NCBI GenBank assembly: GCA_951406725.2
Contig: OX597814.1
Coordinates: 72,230,001 to 72,294,000, forward strand
Length of the DNA: 64,000 nucleotides
Reading direction: 5' to 3'
Source: Octopus vulgaris
Taxonomy: Eukaryota
A program made the translations under genes and the position numbers. Each line of letters opens with the position of its first letter. Position 1 is the first letter of the stretch. The notes beneath the pieces are model-generated. The model made no database searches and had not been told where the DNA came from. It was given only the letters and a program-made list of their open reading frames with translations. This document shows, piece by piece, positions 51,729-63,710 of this stretch.

Positions 51729-54700
51729 CCTTTTAGTGTTCAAACCAGCCAAAATTAATTCCCCTTTATTTGTTCAAACCAGCCACATCCGGCTGTATCT
51801 GACCGCTCTACAAAATCGCTAAGTAAATAAATAAATCACGTTATTGAATTCTTGTAGCTTTGAGATAATGTGAGATGAAGCCTTTCCCACCTTTATTCAA
51901 GTATAAATACTGTGAAATTGTTTAGACCACATGGTTTTTTCAATGTCAATCAGAGTTGGTTGTAGTTTATTAGAAGTGAATTTGTGATATATCGAAGTGT
52001 AAATTTTTGCTGCTTTGCAGCAGTTTTTTGATTGTGCTGTCTCTCCATTTTAACAAGAGATAGCAATAGCTATGAGAAAAATATTCTATTCAGACCTGAG
52101 TGGTTCTGAATTGTCCTCTTCGGAGGAAGAACTGATTATGGCAATTGATAAAATGGACAGGTGTCTAGGCAGAAAAAATTTTGCAGAGGCAGCAGAGGTT
52201 AAAAGGAAGGAGATGGACATGGCAAACATAGAAGAATACCAATATGCAGAGTGGGTGGTGACGTAAAGTTGTCACCACCCCAGAAAGTAATGGATGACAT
52301 GGTTAAGAAAACCATAATATACAAGGTCTACTCGGTGGAAGAGAAGGTCGAACACATGGAAGCCAAAATAATTGAGAAGATGTGGTAAGGAAGGATATAA
52401 TATTTTTGGCAAGAGGAAACAAGTACTGGTCAGTGGTGGTCCAATTCAAAACAGAGGAAGGAGCAAGGAAACATGCTGCAAACATGATGAAGTCAAATAA
52501 AGTGATCCTTCTACCTGCTTATCTTGGAAGAAGAACTTCCAAGATTAGGGTAGAAGGAATCCTGCTAGGCATAGATGTGACTTGGGTTGCGGCAGTGGTT
52601 CTCCTAGGAAGTAAGGAGGAGGTGGCCATCCTCCAAAAAGAACTGTGGACAATGGCCGAGGGAAGAAAAGGAAGAAAGGAGAGTATGATGTGGAACCCTA
52701 AACCATAAACACCCCACCCATACCCTCTCCCTACAGACACCAAACCCACCCATTTCCTTCCTACACAAAGAAAAAGAAAAGAAAAGCAACAAAATTCTCC
52801 TCCCTGTGAATCTAGTTACGTATGTATATTGACGAACAAGAACAAGGAACTGATAACTAAAGTAGCTGACTGGAAAACAACAAAATTTGTGTCAGTAGAA
52901 GGATATTCAGACATAGGAGGGTGGAACTCATACATGCTACTATCAAAGAGTCAAATGGAATAAGTAAAGAAATATAAAATAGGATACAAGTATTGGAAAA
53001 TTAATACAGATTTAAAAAGGATACCGATCAATATAGGATATAAGGAACTGATAGAAAAATATGGATTGGACATGTAAAAAGGACTCTCAAGATAAAAGGA
53101 AGTAAATGATGCTGCTTGAGGTCCCACATGTAATTGTGTTGTCCCTTCTGTGTTGTCTCCTTGTGGATGATTAAAATACAATGTTTTTTTTTCAATGTTT
53201 GAAGAGAGGTCTGTACCTTAGTTTTTAATCAAATGACGCCAGGAAGTAGTGATTCCGATTTTGAAGTTTTCACTCTTGACGATATAGAAAATATTAATGC
53301 CAGCAAGAGTATTTTGTCTTTGGATGAATCTGGAATTGATATTAGTGAATATTCGTTGGACAGGGAAGATTTTGAGAACAAAACTGATGAAAATGATATC
53401 ATAAACATGGCAACATGGTCAAAGATTACAACATCAATCACTCTTCCTGATTTCACCGAAAACACTGGTCCACAACACAATTTACCTCCTGATGTTCAAC
53501 CATTGGACTATCTATTTTTATTTTTACCGGAAAGTTTTTTTGAAAATGTTACAGAGAAAATGTTACCAGACTGGAGCCTGCTGCAGCCTTCATGGCTTAC
53601 CAGACCCCGGTCGAACCATCCAACCCATGCTAGCATGGAAAACAGACGTTAAATGATGATGATGATGGTGAAACAAATAAATATGCGCAATGTATAATTT
53701 CTATTTGCGGAAGAAATGATCCATTATGGCAGCCAACTTATACTGTGGAAATGAGAGCGTTTTTCACAATCACTATTATGTATGGTGATCCATATATCTC
53801 AAGTATAATGTTGAAGACGAGGTATTTGAAAATATCTCGGTATTTACATTTTATTGATTGCTAATGCTCCCAGCAAAAATGACCCAAACTATGACCCCCC
53901 TGTACAAAGTACGTCCTGTAATTGATTTACTCCTTAAATGTTATAAAACTGTATCTACCTAGGAAAAATCTCAGTGTAGATGAAACCATGATAGGCTATA
54001 AGAGCAAAGTACATTTTCAGCAGTACACACCTGCCAAACCCACTAAATGGGGGATCAAGATATGGGAAGTATGTGACTCAGATACTGGATATTGTGTAAA
54101 CTTTGATGTTTACACAGGTAGAAAATATAATGGAAACAGACCATATGGATTGGGACATGATGAAATATGGTCTCTTACTGAATCATTTCACCATCAGCAC
54201 CAACACCTTTATTTTGATCCTTTTTTTTTTCTTCAGTGGCTTTGGCAGAAAATCTTGCCTTACACGTGCAGTACTGTTATGGGCAACCATAAAGGTTTAC
54301 CCCATGAAATGAAAACAAAATTTTACAAATGCAAAAGGAAAATTTATTAGCTACAAAAGACAGATTTTATTTCTGTCTTCTAATGAACCACCTGGTGTTG
54401 GTGCTTGAGGGGAAACCCCTAGTGAATATTTGTTATTACAAATATAAGAGTGGGTTTGATAAATCTGACCAATATCAGGTACATTACTCAGTTGGTTGAC
54501 CTGTGAAAAAATGGTAGAGGTACATTTTGTTGCTTTTTAGTTAATTTAACTATAGTTAATTCATATATTGTATATGTAAAAAGCCACAAGGTGCCTCCAC
54601 CACTAAAGGACTACGACCATTTGACCATTTTGGGTTGACATCGCATCTCAATTACATGAGGGCTTTTCTTCTAGAAAGCACAAAACTGGGAGAAAAGCAA

Positions 54701-55550
54701 AATTAACTGAGGTGGATGTCAACAGAGAAAATATTGACTTTCATAAAGTCAAGAAGATAAATGGAAGAAAAGACTGTGTTCGTTGCAAAAGGCTATCAGA
54801 TTGAGACTTCGTATATGTGTTCCTTTTGCAAAGTGCCCTTGTGTAAAGGGTGCTTTTGGCAGTTTCATGACAGAAATATGTCATAACTATATTATTTTAT
54901 CATATATTCCTTTTCATTTTATTATAAATAATGTGTGAAAGTGAGAAATACATATTAATTTTCAGTGTTACACACCTGTATTCACCGTTGTCTCACTTGT
55001 TAATGAGCTTTTTTTATTAGATGCATTCTGTTACATAAATGAATTCATTAAATTGTATAAGAGTATATAGCCAATGATATATTGACTAGTAAAAGTGTTT
55101 TGTACTTTATTTTCAATGAAAATGTTTGAATGAAATATAGAGAAGGAATAAAATCTTATACTGATTATACCTATATTTTAATTAATTCAAATTAATGTAC
55201 CTCATCTTGAAAAATGTAAAATTGTTGGCAGTTGACATCTGGAATAATTTTAGTAACAAATCAAACAGGTAAGAATATGAATTTTAGTGTTTATTCATAA
55301 TGTTATTGTTTTTACACCTGTTAATTAAATTTACCCTCCCATAAAAGTCAAATTTAATCAGAAAGATCTGCTAAAATTATGTAACTATAAACCACTGGCA
55401 TATAAGCACCCATTTACAAAATTTCAAATCTGTATGTAGAAAATTAACAAAGTTACAAGCAAGTATTGTGGACACCCCTCTTAAACCTGAATAAATCAAA
55501 ATTAATGTGAACAGATAAGCATTACATTTGACAAATTAATCTGAACATCA
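51729..55550 (+). mobile_element. piggyBac (PGBD4-like) transposon relic with two nested insertions
   Basis: TTAA|CCTTTTAGTGTTCA left end. Acidic N-terminus, PLDYLFLFLPESFF..ETNKYA, LSVDETMIGYKSKVHFQQYTPAKPTKWGIKIW, C-terminal YMCSFCKVPLCKGCFWQFH. The right end is degenerate (tgaacatcaaTTAA). Confidence 0.85.
52138..53180 (+). mobile_element. Putative non-autonomous retroelement carrying decayed LINE ORF1-like sequence
   Basis: Purine-rich insert within piggyBac encoding IIFLARGNKYWSVVVQFKTEEGA..LLPAYLGRRTSKIRVEGI (RRM-like ORF1 pattern). 3' end tgtaattgtgttgtcccttctgtgttgtctccttgtggatgattaaa. Boundaries approximate. Confidence 0.5.
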
Positions 55551-56789
55551 ATTAAATCATCAGATAAGTTCTCACTCAAAGAATAATTTGCAGTCACTTT
55601 TTCCATAAAAGAAATTCTGGAAACAAAGCAAAAATTCAGCAGCACATGGAATTAATAAGAATGGTGTAGAATATAAATAAATGAGAGGAAGGGATTAAAG
55701 TTTCCTCTCTTTGAGATAATAAAATGAATTTGAACAAGGGTGGATTGACTTGTTGTTTCAGGTGGTATAGGACTGACAACAGATGTGGCTGCATGGATTT
55801 GTGTCATACAGAATATTGAGAATGAGTGTGAATATGCAAAGTAAGTAGTGGGGAGACAAAAGCTAACAGCAGATCAAAAGTGGCTATGTTGTAAGAACTA
55901 TGGCATCTTGGGCAAGTATCATCCAAAGCCTTCTGAGTGGATTTGGTAGGCAGAAACTGAAAGAAGCCAATTGTATGTATGTTTGTGTATCTATGTTTGT
56001 CACTCAGTGGGTCAGCAAAAGAGATTGATAGAATAAGTACCAGACTTTAAAAAAAGTGCTGGAGTCAATTTTCATTCAAGTAAAAATTCTTCAACGCAGT
56101 ACCCCAGTCAAATGACTGCAACAAGTAAAAGATAAAAATATAATCATTGGCATGAACACTGAAATGCTTGGCAACCAAAAGGAAAGTTCAGACAAGTAAG
56201 AGAGAGAGAGTTCATTGTATATAATACAATTCTGATGAATCAGATCATCATTTTCCAAATCATTCTCCGCCTAATGATCACAAGTATGGTTTGCATAAAG
56301 CTAGATCTACTGTTACCTACCAGAAGAGTCTCTTGTCTTGAAAGAACTTGATGAAAGTAATCAGCAAAGTTTTTGGGGTTTTTTTTATTGTCTTACATCT
56401 TCCTCTTTTATCTTTTACTTGTTTCAGTCTTTAGACTGTGGCTTGCTGAATCAACACCAGTATTTCTTTTTCTCTTTAAGCTTGGTACTTATTCTGTTGA
56501 TCTCTTTTGCCAAACAGCTAAGTTACAGAGATGTAAACACATCAACACTGGTTGTCAAGTGGTGTTGAAAGACAGGTACAGACACAAAGATGCACATACA
56601 TATGCAATGGGCTTCTTTCAGTTTCCATCTATCAAATCCACTCACAAGACTTTGGTCAGGCTATAGCAGAAGACAGTTGCCTATGGAACCACACAGTGGG
56701 ACTGAACCCAGAACCATGCTGTTGGGAAGCAAACTTACCACATAGCCACGAGCCTTTGTTGATTTTCAGACATCAGAGGTATCTCAATC

Positions 56790-57360
56790 ACTTATCGGAT
56801 GCAAATCTCCTATCAAAAGTTCCTGCTTTGGAGCTTCACCTATCTCTCATCACTGTGATCCTGTCAGATCACAGTATTGCCATGTGTGTTGACAGCTTTT
56901 TTCTTTCCTTCACTGCATCAACTGTGGCATGATCCAGGATTCATTTTTGTTCCCCACTCTATTTCTGCTGTACATCAATGACTTATATGTTTCTACATCC
57001 AACAACACCCACTCTCTTACATACTTCCCCTAATTCCTCTTTTACATTCTCCAATCATTCATTATCCACTTGCGGCCTAGACAACACATGTCACACATCA
57101 ACTCCATGAACGGACTTCAAAAGCATCCTCTGGTGGACATATACCAAACTTGTCTGTTCCAGCAGCAAGAAAATATAAATGTTTCTCATATCAAGGAAAC
57201 ATCATCACACCACACCCATACCCTTTAATCATGAGCAGTACTCAACTAGAGCCTTCAGACTTGATCCTATTGTTACATCTCAATATCACCAAGAGTTTTT
57301 TCTGGTGAACATATGTCTTTAACATAGCTAAGGTCCAATAACTAGCTCTTCTTTTCAGAA
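56790..57360 (+). mobile_element. CR1/Jockey-group LINE RT fragment, decayed
   Basis: LLSKVPAL..., QGS-like followed by PTLFLLYINDL at ~56936-56985. Confidence 0.55.
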
Positions 57361-57797
57361 ATACTTTGTCCCCCCCCCCCCATTATTGATAATGGATGCT
57401 GACTCATGTTTGTGACTGTCTCTCTTCCAAATTTGGCAATATAATACCCCTACTACTACTACTACCACTACTACTACTACTTCTGCCACTCCCTTACTTG
57501 CTCCCATCCCCTTGTAACTTCTCTTCCCCTGTTCTGGATTCTACTTGAAATCCAAATCTTCCCCCACTTTCCTCAAGTCTTCTGCTTGTTATTTTCAGAA
57601 ATGCCTCTGATAAAAGTAGCATTAATTTTCTTAGGTCATTCAATTTATCTCAATTGTCAATAAACTACAAGGGATCAATGCTAGATGGATCAAAACAAAT
57701 GTAGTGATCAATAAAGATTCTCGAATCTTCCCTCTTCCATCTCTCTCATTAATCAGATATATATATATGTATATAATATATATACATACACACACTT

Positions 57798-57833
<36 letters not shown>

Positions 57834-58266
57834 GATAGAAATAGCAGCATCCAGTGATGAAGAATTAATAAATTTTAGGTTAGTTAAGATTTGTTTGTGA
57901 CATATTTTAACTTCTAAAGGCAGTTACCCTGGAGAAAAAATTCATTCTTATGGTAAAAGGTGTAAAAACACTTTATCTGCTCGGTGCTTCCCTCTAGTAG
58001 AGGAAACCACTGTCAAAAACAATGTATAAGTGTTCAATTTTTACTGAATAACCTACAAAAATTATGCTTTTAGTGATTAAATGCATGTACAGTACATTAG
58101 CTCACCCCCTCCATGAAACTGATATTGCTTGTACAGGTGCACAAATGTGCCACATGTAGAACATGAAATGAAGCGTTTTGCTCAGGAGCACAATGCACCA
58201 CTTAGTCTAGGAATTGAACCCACAATCTAGCAGTCATGAGTGCAACACCCTAACGCCACATGCCTT

Positions 58267-58300
<34 letters not shown>

Positions 58301-58359
58301 CATACACGAGTGAGTAGACAAAAGAAGAGTACTTGACACATTTATTGCGAGTTATAGGT

Positions 58360-58935
58360 ATGGAAGTCGACTGCATGGTTGGGGCAAGTAGGGAGGGGCG
58401 GTAGATGTGGGATTATATATGCGTACATGTATATGCCTGTATATCTGCGTGTATGCATCCACACATATATGAGTGTGTTTGTGTGCATAGATGTACATTT
58501 ACACATCTGCCTGTGTGTGCATGTGCACACATGAATGCATGCATGTACCTGTGCACTGCTGCACACACATCCATGCATATGTGTACAGTGAGCAGATGCA
58601 TATGCACATGCATATATACTCGTGGTTATGCACAAGGGGTGAGTATGCGGGTAAACAGGTATGAAGAAGTGTTGGGGATGGTGATTTGCTGTGCTGTTCC
58701 TGTTTGTATATGTGCATACTTGTGTGTGCATGTGCTCGTGTCTATATATACATGTAGCTAAAAGTGTGTATGTGGGCAGACGTGTGAATGTACATCTACA
58801 CACATACACACTCATATATGCAGATGCATACATGCAGATATATAGGCATATATATATACACATGTATACATATATACTCCCGCATCTACCACTCCTCCCG
58901 ACATCCCCCAACCACGCAACCGATTTCCTGTTCAC
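58360..58935. repeat. Imperfect palindrome with (RY)n-rich interior
   Basis: tgcatggttggggcaagtagggaggggcggtagatgtgggattatatatg is inverted as catatatactcccgcatctaccactcctcccgacatccccaaccacgca. Confidence 0.75.
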
Positions 58936-59245
58936 CATGCTGTATTTTCCAAATAATTATTGTCACTGAAATACTAAGATCAAACTGCAACACCATGTGA
59001 CCTTTCTCGACCAATCTCAGGCTAATGTCTAGTAGTAAACATTGAATCTTTTCCGTCAAACTCTCATTCAGATATGGCCGAAGACTAGCAACACACTTGA
59101 AATTCAGAGTACGAAGTTTGAATCAGACTGTTTTGATCCTTATATATATATATATATATATATATCAATAATACAGTGATTGTTTCTTATCAGGAACAAA
59201 ATGTTTAATAGGACTGCTATAGAAGTGCTCAATTAAATGAGACAA

Positions 59246-60580
59246 ATATATTAAACTATGGTTGCAGAACAAACAAATACAAGGTCATCCACATAACATT
59301 TCATATCTCGAACATTTAATCACATAATGCTTTTTCTTTCACATAGAATATACATGTATAAAATCACGGAAGCTGAAACACAACTTATCAGTACAAGCAT
59401 ATAAGAAAAATACAAGAAAAATGTGTGAATACAGTTCATCACGGTTAAAAGTTAACGATTAATACTTTAGTGACTAAAAAATATATATTTTTTTAAACAT
59501 TACAACACCTAGAATAATCTCAATAAAATAAAAGGCAGTTTGTTTATCTGTGTGTCTGTCAGGTTGTACCCTCACCCTGACCATGGCTTTCAACAGATTC
59601 TGGTGAAACTTGGCACACACATAGCCCAATGTCATAATTCAAAACTAACGCAGCGAAAATTTTGAAAAGTTCCCCCAATTCTGAAAAAAATCGATAAATT
59701 CTACATGGGGTCAAGAATCTAAGCTTATCATATGCAACACATTTTCCGTTGTAGTTTTCGCAACTTGCAATCGATTTTCACCAAACTCATGGTGAAGCTT
59801 AATGTTACCCTAAGGAACTTAATTCTGACGTTAGTTTTCCATGCAATACCTTACCATCAGAAAAAATCGATAAAATCATGCCATTTTGGGAAATCGCATT
59901 CAAATTCAAGATGACATATTTTTGATAATATGAATTTTTTTTGAAATTCACAGCGAGCATCATGTCTGCTCCAAGGAGCTATATGGCCCTTTTGATTCCA
60001 ATAGGATACGTTATTACTGGAAAAAATCGGTTAATTACATCATATGTGGCACACATAGCAAACCAATTTTTCTGCGATATTTTTTTAAATAACAGTTCAA
60101 TGAGTACAAAAAAGGGTAAAAAGGTAAAGGGCATTGCTTATCAACAAAGTTTCTTACATACCCGGGCAACGCTGCTAGTAAATACATAAAAATATAAACT
60201 TTTATCTTACCTTATATATTATATATTACTTATTTATATGCTTCCTATATATATGTATTTTTATATTTTTTTTATATATCTATATATTTATATATTTCTT
60301 TATATTTTTATGTATTTATTATTCTAGGTGTTGTAATGTTTAAAAAAATATATATTTTTTAGTCACTAAAGTATTAATCGTTAACTTTTAACCGCGATGA
60401 ACTGTATTCACACATTTTTCTTGTATTTTTCTTATATGCTTGTATTGATGAGTTGTGTTTCATCTTCCGGGATTTTATACATGTATATTCTATGTGAAAG
60501 AAAAAGTATTATGTGATTAAATGTTCGAGATATGAAATGTTATGTGGATGACCTTGTATTTGTTTGTTCTGCAACCATAG

Positions 60581-60590
<10 letters not shown>
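59246..60590. mobile_element. Foldback/MITE with ~290-bp inverted arms beside TA microsatellite
   Basis: 59246-59517 plus 60179-60196 is the reverse complement of 60301-60590 with only a few mismatches. Confidence 0.85.
59518..60178 (+). mobile_element. Short non-autonomous Helitron
   Basis: A|TCTCAATAAAATAAAAGGCAG ... CCCGGGCAACGC TGCTAG|T, no TSD. Termini resemble those of the 20311-23712 Helitron. Confidence 0.85.
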
Positions 60591-60615
<25 letters not shown>

Positions 60616-60742
60616 TAAAAATAAATATAAGAGAGTGGTCACTATATGGCTCACTCTAGCACTAGTAAATATCTCGGGGCACTGGGCCACTTGGTGTTGA
60701 ATAGATATACTATTAAATTAGTATCTAATTCTCTCACCCTTA

Positions 60743-60776
<34 letters not shown>

Positions 60777-60785
<9 letters not shown>

Positions 60786-60911
60786 ATTTAGGGTATTTAA
60801 GAGATACCACCACGCTTGAAATAGCACCAGTGCTGTATGAAATTTTGTTTTAGAGTCAAGTTTTGGTTGCAAGCGTGGTGGTATCTCTTAGATACCCTAA
60901 ATTATAATTTT
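60777..60911. repeat. Hairpin element, ~42-bp arms, adjacent to (TA)n
   Basis: aaaattataatttagggtatttaagagataccaccacgcttg / caagcgtggtggtatctcttagataccctaaattataatttt, with one mismatch. Confidence 0.85.
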
Positions 60912-61520
60912 AATAATAATTATTACCTTTGAAGGTTTTTATTCTCATGCTAACCACTTAATAAGTTTGATATTTAAATAACGATCTTATCCTTATTCTT
61001 ATATATATATATGGTGGGGGACAAACACAAAGACACACATACGTGTGTGTGTGTGTGTCTTTGTATTTGTCCTTCATCATTGTTTGACAACTGGGACCAA
61101 TTTGTGTGACTAAATCCTTCAAGGCGGTACCTCATTATAGCCAATATACAAAAACTGAAACAAGTAGAAGGTAAAAAGGGTGTAAGAGTATGAGTGAAAA
61201 AACTAGACATAAATATTGTAATAATTAACTATTGTAAAACATTATGGAAATATGTAGATAGTTACATATCTAGATAATGAATTAAATGAAAAAAAGAAAA
61301 AGAGCGTGAGGGAATCTACAACCCAGTGTCAGGCTCTTACTTGAAGTATTTTATCTTGGAGAGTATTTTATTGATAGAATGTCACCTGTGCACATAGTTT
61401 TTCCAAATCTTCCTAGCAAGTGTGATATCTAGGTCACGTTAATACAATTCATGTGTGGTTGATGGAATTCCAGTGAGATGCATCTTGGTGGGAAGTATGA
61501 GAAAAATGCACCTTCTAGAA

Positions 61521-61837
61521 TTTAGGCCAACCTGAGGCATGTGGCCTGCAGACTTTTATCTTGCAGCCTGCTTGATATTTTCTTGAAATGGGTTTATTTA
61601 AACAGACATTGTAAAAATTTTATCAAAAATTAAAGATTGAAATGGAAAGTAAAAATGAAGGATACTACTGTTTTTGCAATAATAATATTTCATGTTGAAT
61701 CAATAAATATTCATTCATTATTGTAATAATAGCATGAAAAAGCAAAATGCTTTAAATTTTGTCAGTATACAACTGGCCCTCAAAAAACTTCCTGTGATTA
61801 AAGTGGCCCACAATGTAATTCAAGTTGGACAGGCCTG
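61521..61837. mobile_element. hAT (Charlie-like) MITE, degenerate
   Basis: Right end gttggacaggcctg|ATCTAGAC; left TTCTAGAA|...ccaacctg..gtggcc. NTCTAGAN-type target site. Confidence 0.5.
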
Positions 61838-62351
61838 ATCTAGACTCTAGATGATAAGTCAGAGTAATAGTAATGTGTGGAGTTGAGGCAAGTAAACTAA
61901 TCAAGTTTAAATGATGGTAGTACACAGTTAATATTTTCAAAAGAATAGAGGTTGATATAATTGTAGTAGGGACTTGTTGGGAGTGTTGCTTTTAAAGGTC
62001 CCAGGAGAAAAATCAAAACTGGCTTAGGTAGGATTTGAATTCAGAAAGTGAAGTGGTGTCATATATAAATACCACAGAGCATTTTGTCTTACACTCAAAT
62101 AGTTTTCCAAATACTGCTAGGTGAAAATTTATGAGGCAAAGAGTTTGTGTGTGTGTACTCCAGAATGTGTGGTGAGAATGGCACCTTCCTAAATGTTTAA
62201 ACATTTACTCCAATGGAGTACATTTTTATATTGTATGATATGTTATATAAATTGTATTCACTTGATATATACACACTACACAACTACATGCAATATGTAT
62301 GTGTGTACACAAATGGATTCTATATATATATATGTATACATCTTTTTACAG

Positions 62352-62481
62352 GTATTGAACTCACTTAACTCTCTCCCTAAATACACAGAATACATGGACA
62401 AAAATATCATTGCAGAATATCAACAAATTGTTGATATAACTTTGTGTCAACTAAATTTTGATAGATATATTTATTCAAATG
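62352..62481 (+). CDS. NUP188: NUP188-like internal exon (last in window), phase 0-1
   Basis: tctttttacAG / GTAAGT. Encodes VLNSLNSLPKYTEYMDKNIIAEYQQIVDITLCQLNFDRYIYSN, similar to VYSFLDKMSFYNELY...LLYPLG. Lies within ORF 62193..62489. Confidence 0.82.
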
Positions 62482-63176
62482 GTAAGTAATATTGTTTCCT
62501 CAGAAATGGTTTAAATACATTATTCATGTGCTCCATTTGCTTACAAACTTACAGCAATATTAATGATGTCACATTAATGGTGACAAGAATACATTTTGTT
62601 TCACATATCTCATGCAAATCTGAAAATTCTTGAAATGTTCAATGCTTTGTCCAAAGAGGAAGTCATAGGATTTTCTTTGAGGAAAAATTAGAAGCAAACA
62701 AAAATAAACTAATTTAAACATAAGATCCACTAACGTTGTTAATTGAAACCTTTACAAATTAATTCTGAAATGGTACTTAGTTTACAATTATCAAATTGAA
62801 TTGTTGCAACCTCAATAGAACTAAATATCTAAATTCAACAAAGAAAACCCATTAGAATGTAACAGAAGGTAGTGATGGAGTTATAAGTGTTGTTGACAAC
62901 AAATCATATAGAATTGGAAACTGAAGAATGCTGAGTTATTTTTTTATGGATAAATATCCCTTGAAATCAATATGTTCACTCTTAAAATATTGTTAAGCTG
63001 AAAAAAGATAATGTATGTTGTAACTTGAATATACAGGTGCTCTAATTAGCAATGTCATTGTGATAGATATATGGTTCAAGTGCTGTTAGTAAGCCTGTTT
63101 CTTTGTTTCAAGCTGGTACTTATACTATCAAATATTAAGTGATATATGTATCAAAGTCGAAATTACCATATAATTT

Positions 63177-63370
63177 AGGAGTGGCTGTGTAGTAAGTAAC
63201 TTGCTTACAAACCACATGGTTCCAGGTTCAGTCCCACTGCATGACACCTTGGCAAGTGTCTTCTACTATAGCCTCAGGCCAACCAAAGCCTTGTGAGTGG
63301 ATTTGGTAGACGGAAACTGAAAGAAGCCCATTGTATATATGTGTGTGTGTATGTATATATATATATATAT
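63177..63370 (+). mobile_element. CORE-type tRNA-derived SINE, 5' half
   Basis: ggagtggctgtgtagtaagtaacttgcttac..ggttcagtcccactgc..gaaactgaaagaagccc followed by (TA/TG)n. Confidence 0.8.
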
Positions 63371-63520
63371 GTTGAAATAGAAAGATGAATTTTCTTGTTA
63401 CAGATTATTCAAAAGTTTAACCGATACCTGGGTAGCAAAAATCACAGCAGAAAATACATGGTTGGAGATAAGACCATTTGGTGTTGCAACCGTGCGTTGG
63501 TGCGGATAATTGAAGTTTAA

Positions 63521-63671
63521 TATTATTATTGAGTGGAAGAAATGGAGTTGAACGAAGATTGTACAGAATTCCTTTTATTACATTCTACACATGTGGCCTT
63601 TGAAACATGTGTAGAATGTAATAAAAGGAATTCTGTACAATCTTCGTTCAACTCCATTTCTTCCATTCAAT

Positions 63672-63678
<7 letters not shown>
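63521..63678. repeat. Near-perfect 74-bp-arm hairpin, probably a Penelope-like inverted terminus
   Basis: Arms 63521-63594 and 63605-63678, 10-nt loop, single G-T pair. Contains GAAACATGTGTA and AATAAA and abuts (TA)n. Confidence 0.85.

Positions 63679-63710
<32 letters not shown>

Noticed and set aside
53233-54880. Domesticated PGBD host gene
   Set aside because: Multiple frameshifts, stops and nested insertions, and a TTAA/TIR end is retained.
58342-59000. Overlapping 66-198 aa ORFs rich in C/H/M/Y/V
   Set aside because: Translation artefacts of (RY)n low-complexity DNA.
63177-63240. tRNA gene
   Set aside because: A/B-box-like SINE head continuing into the SINE body; no cloverleaf evident.
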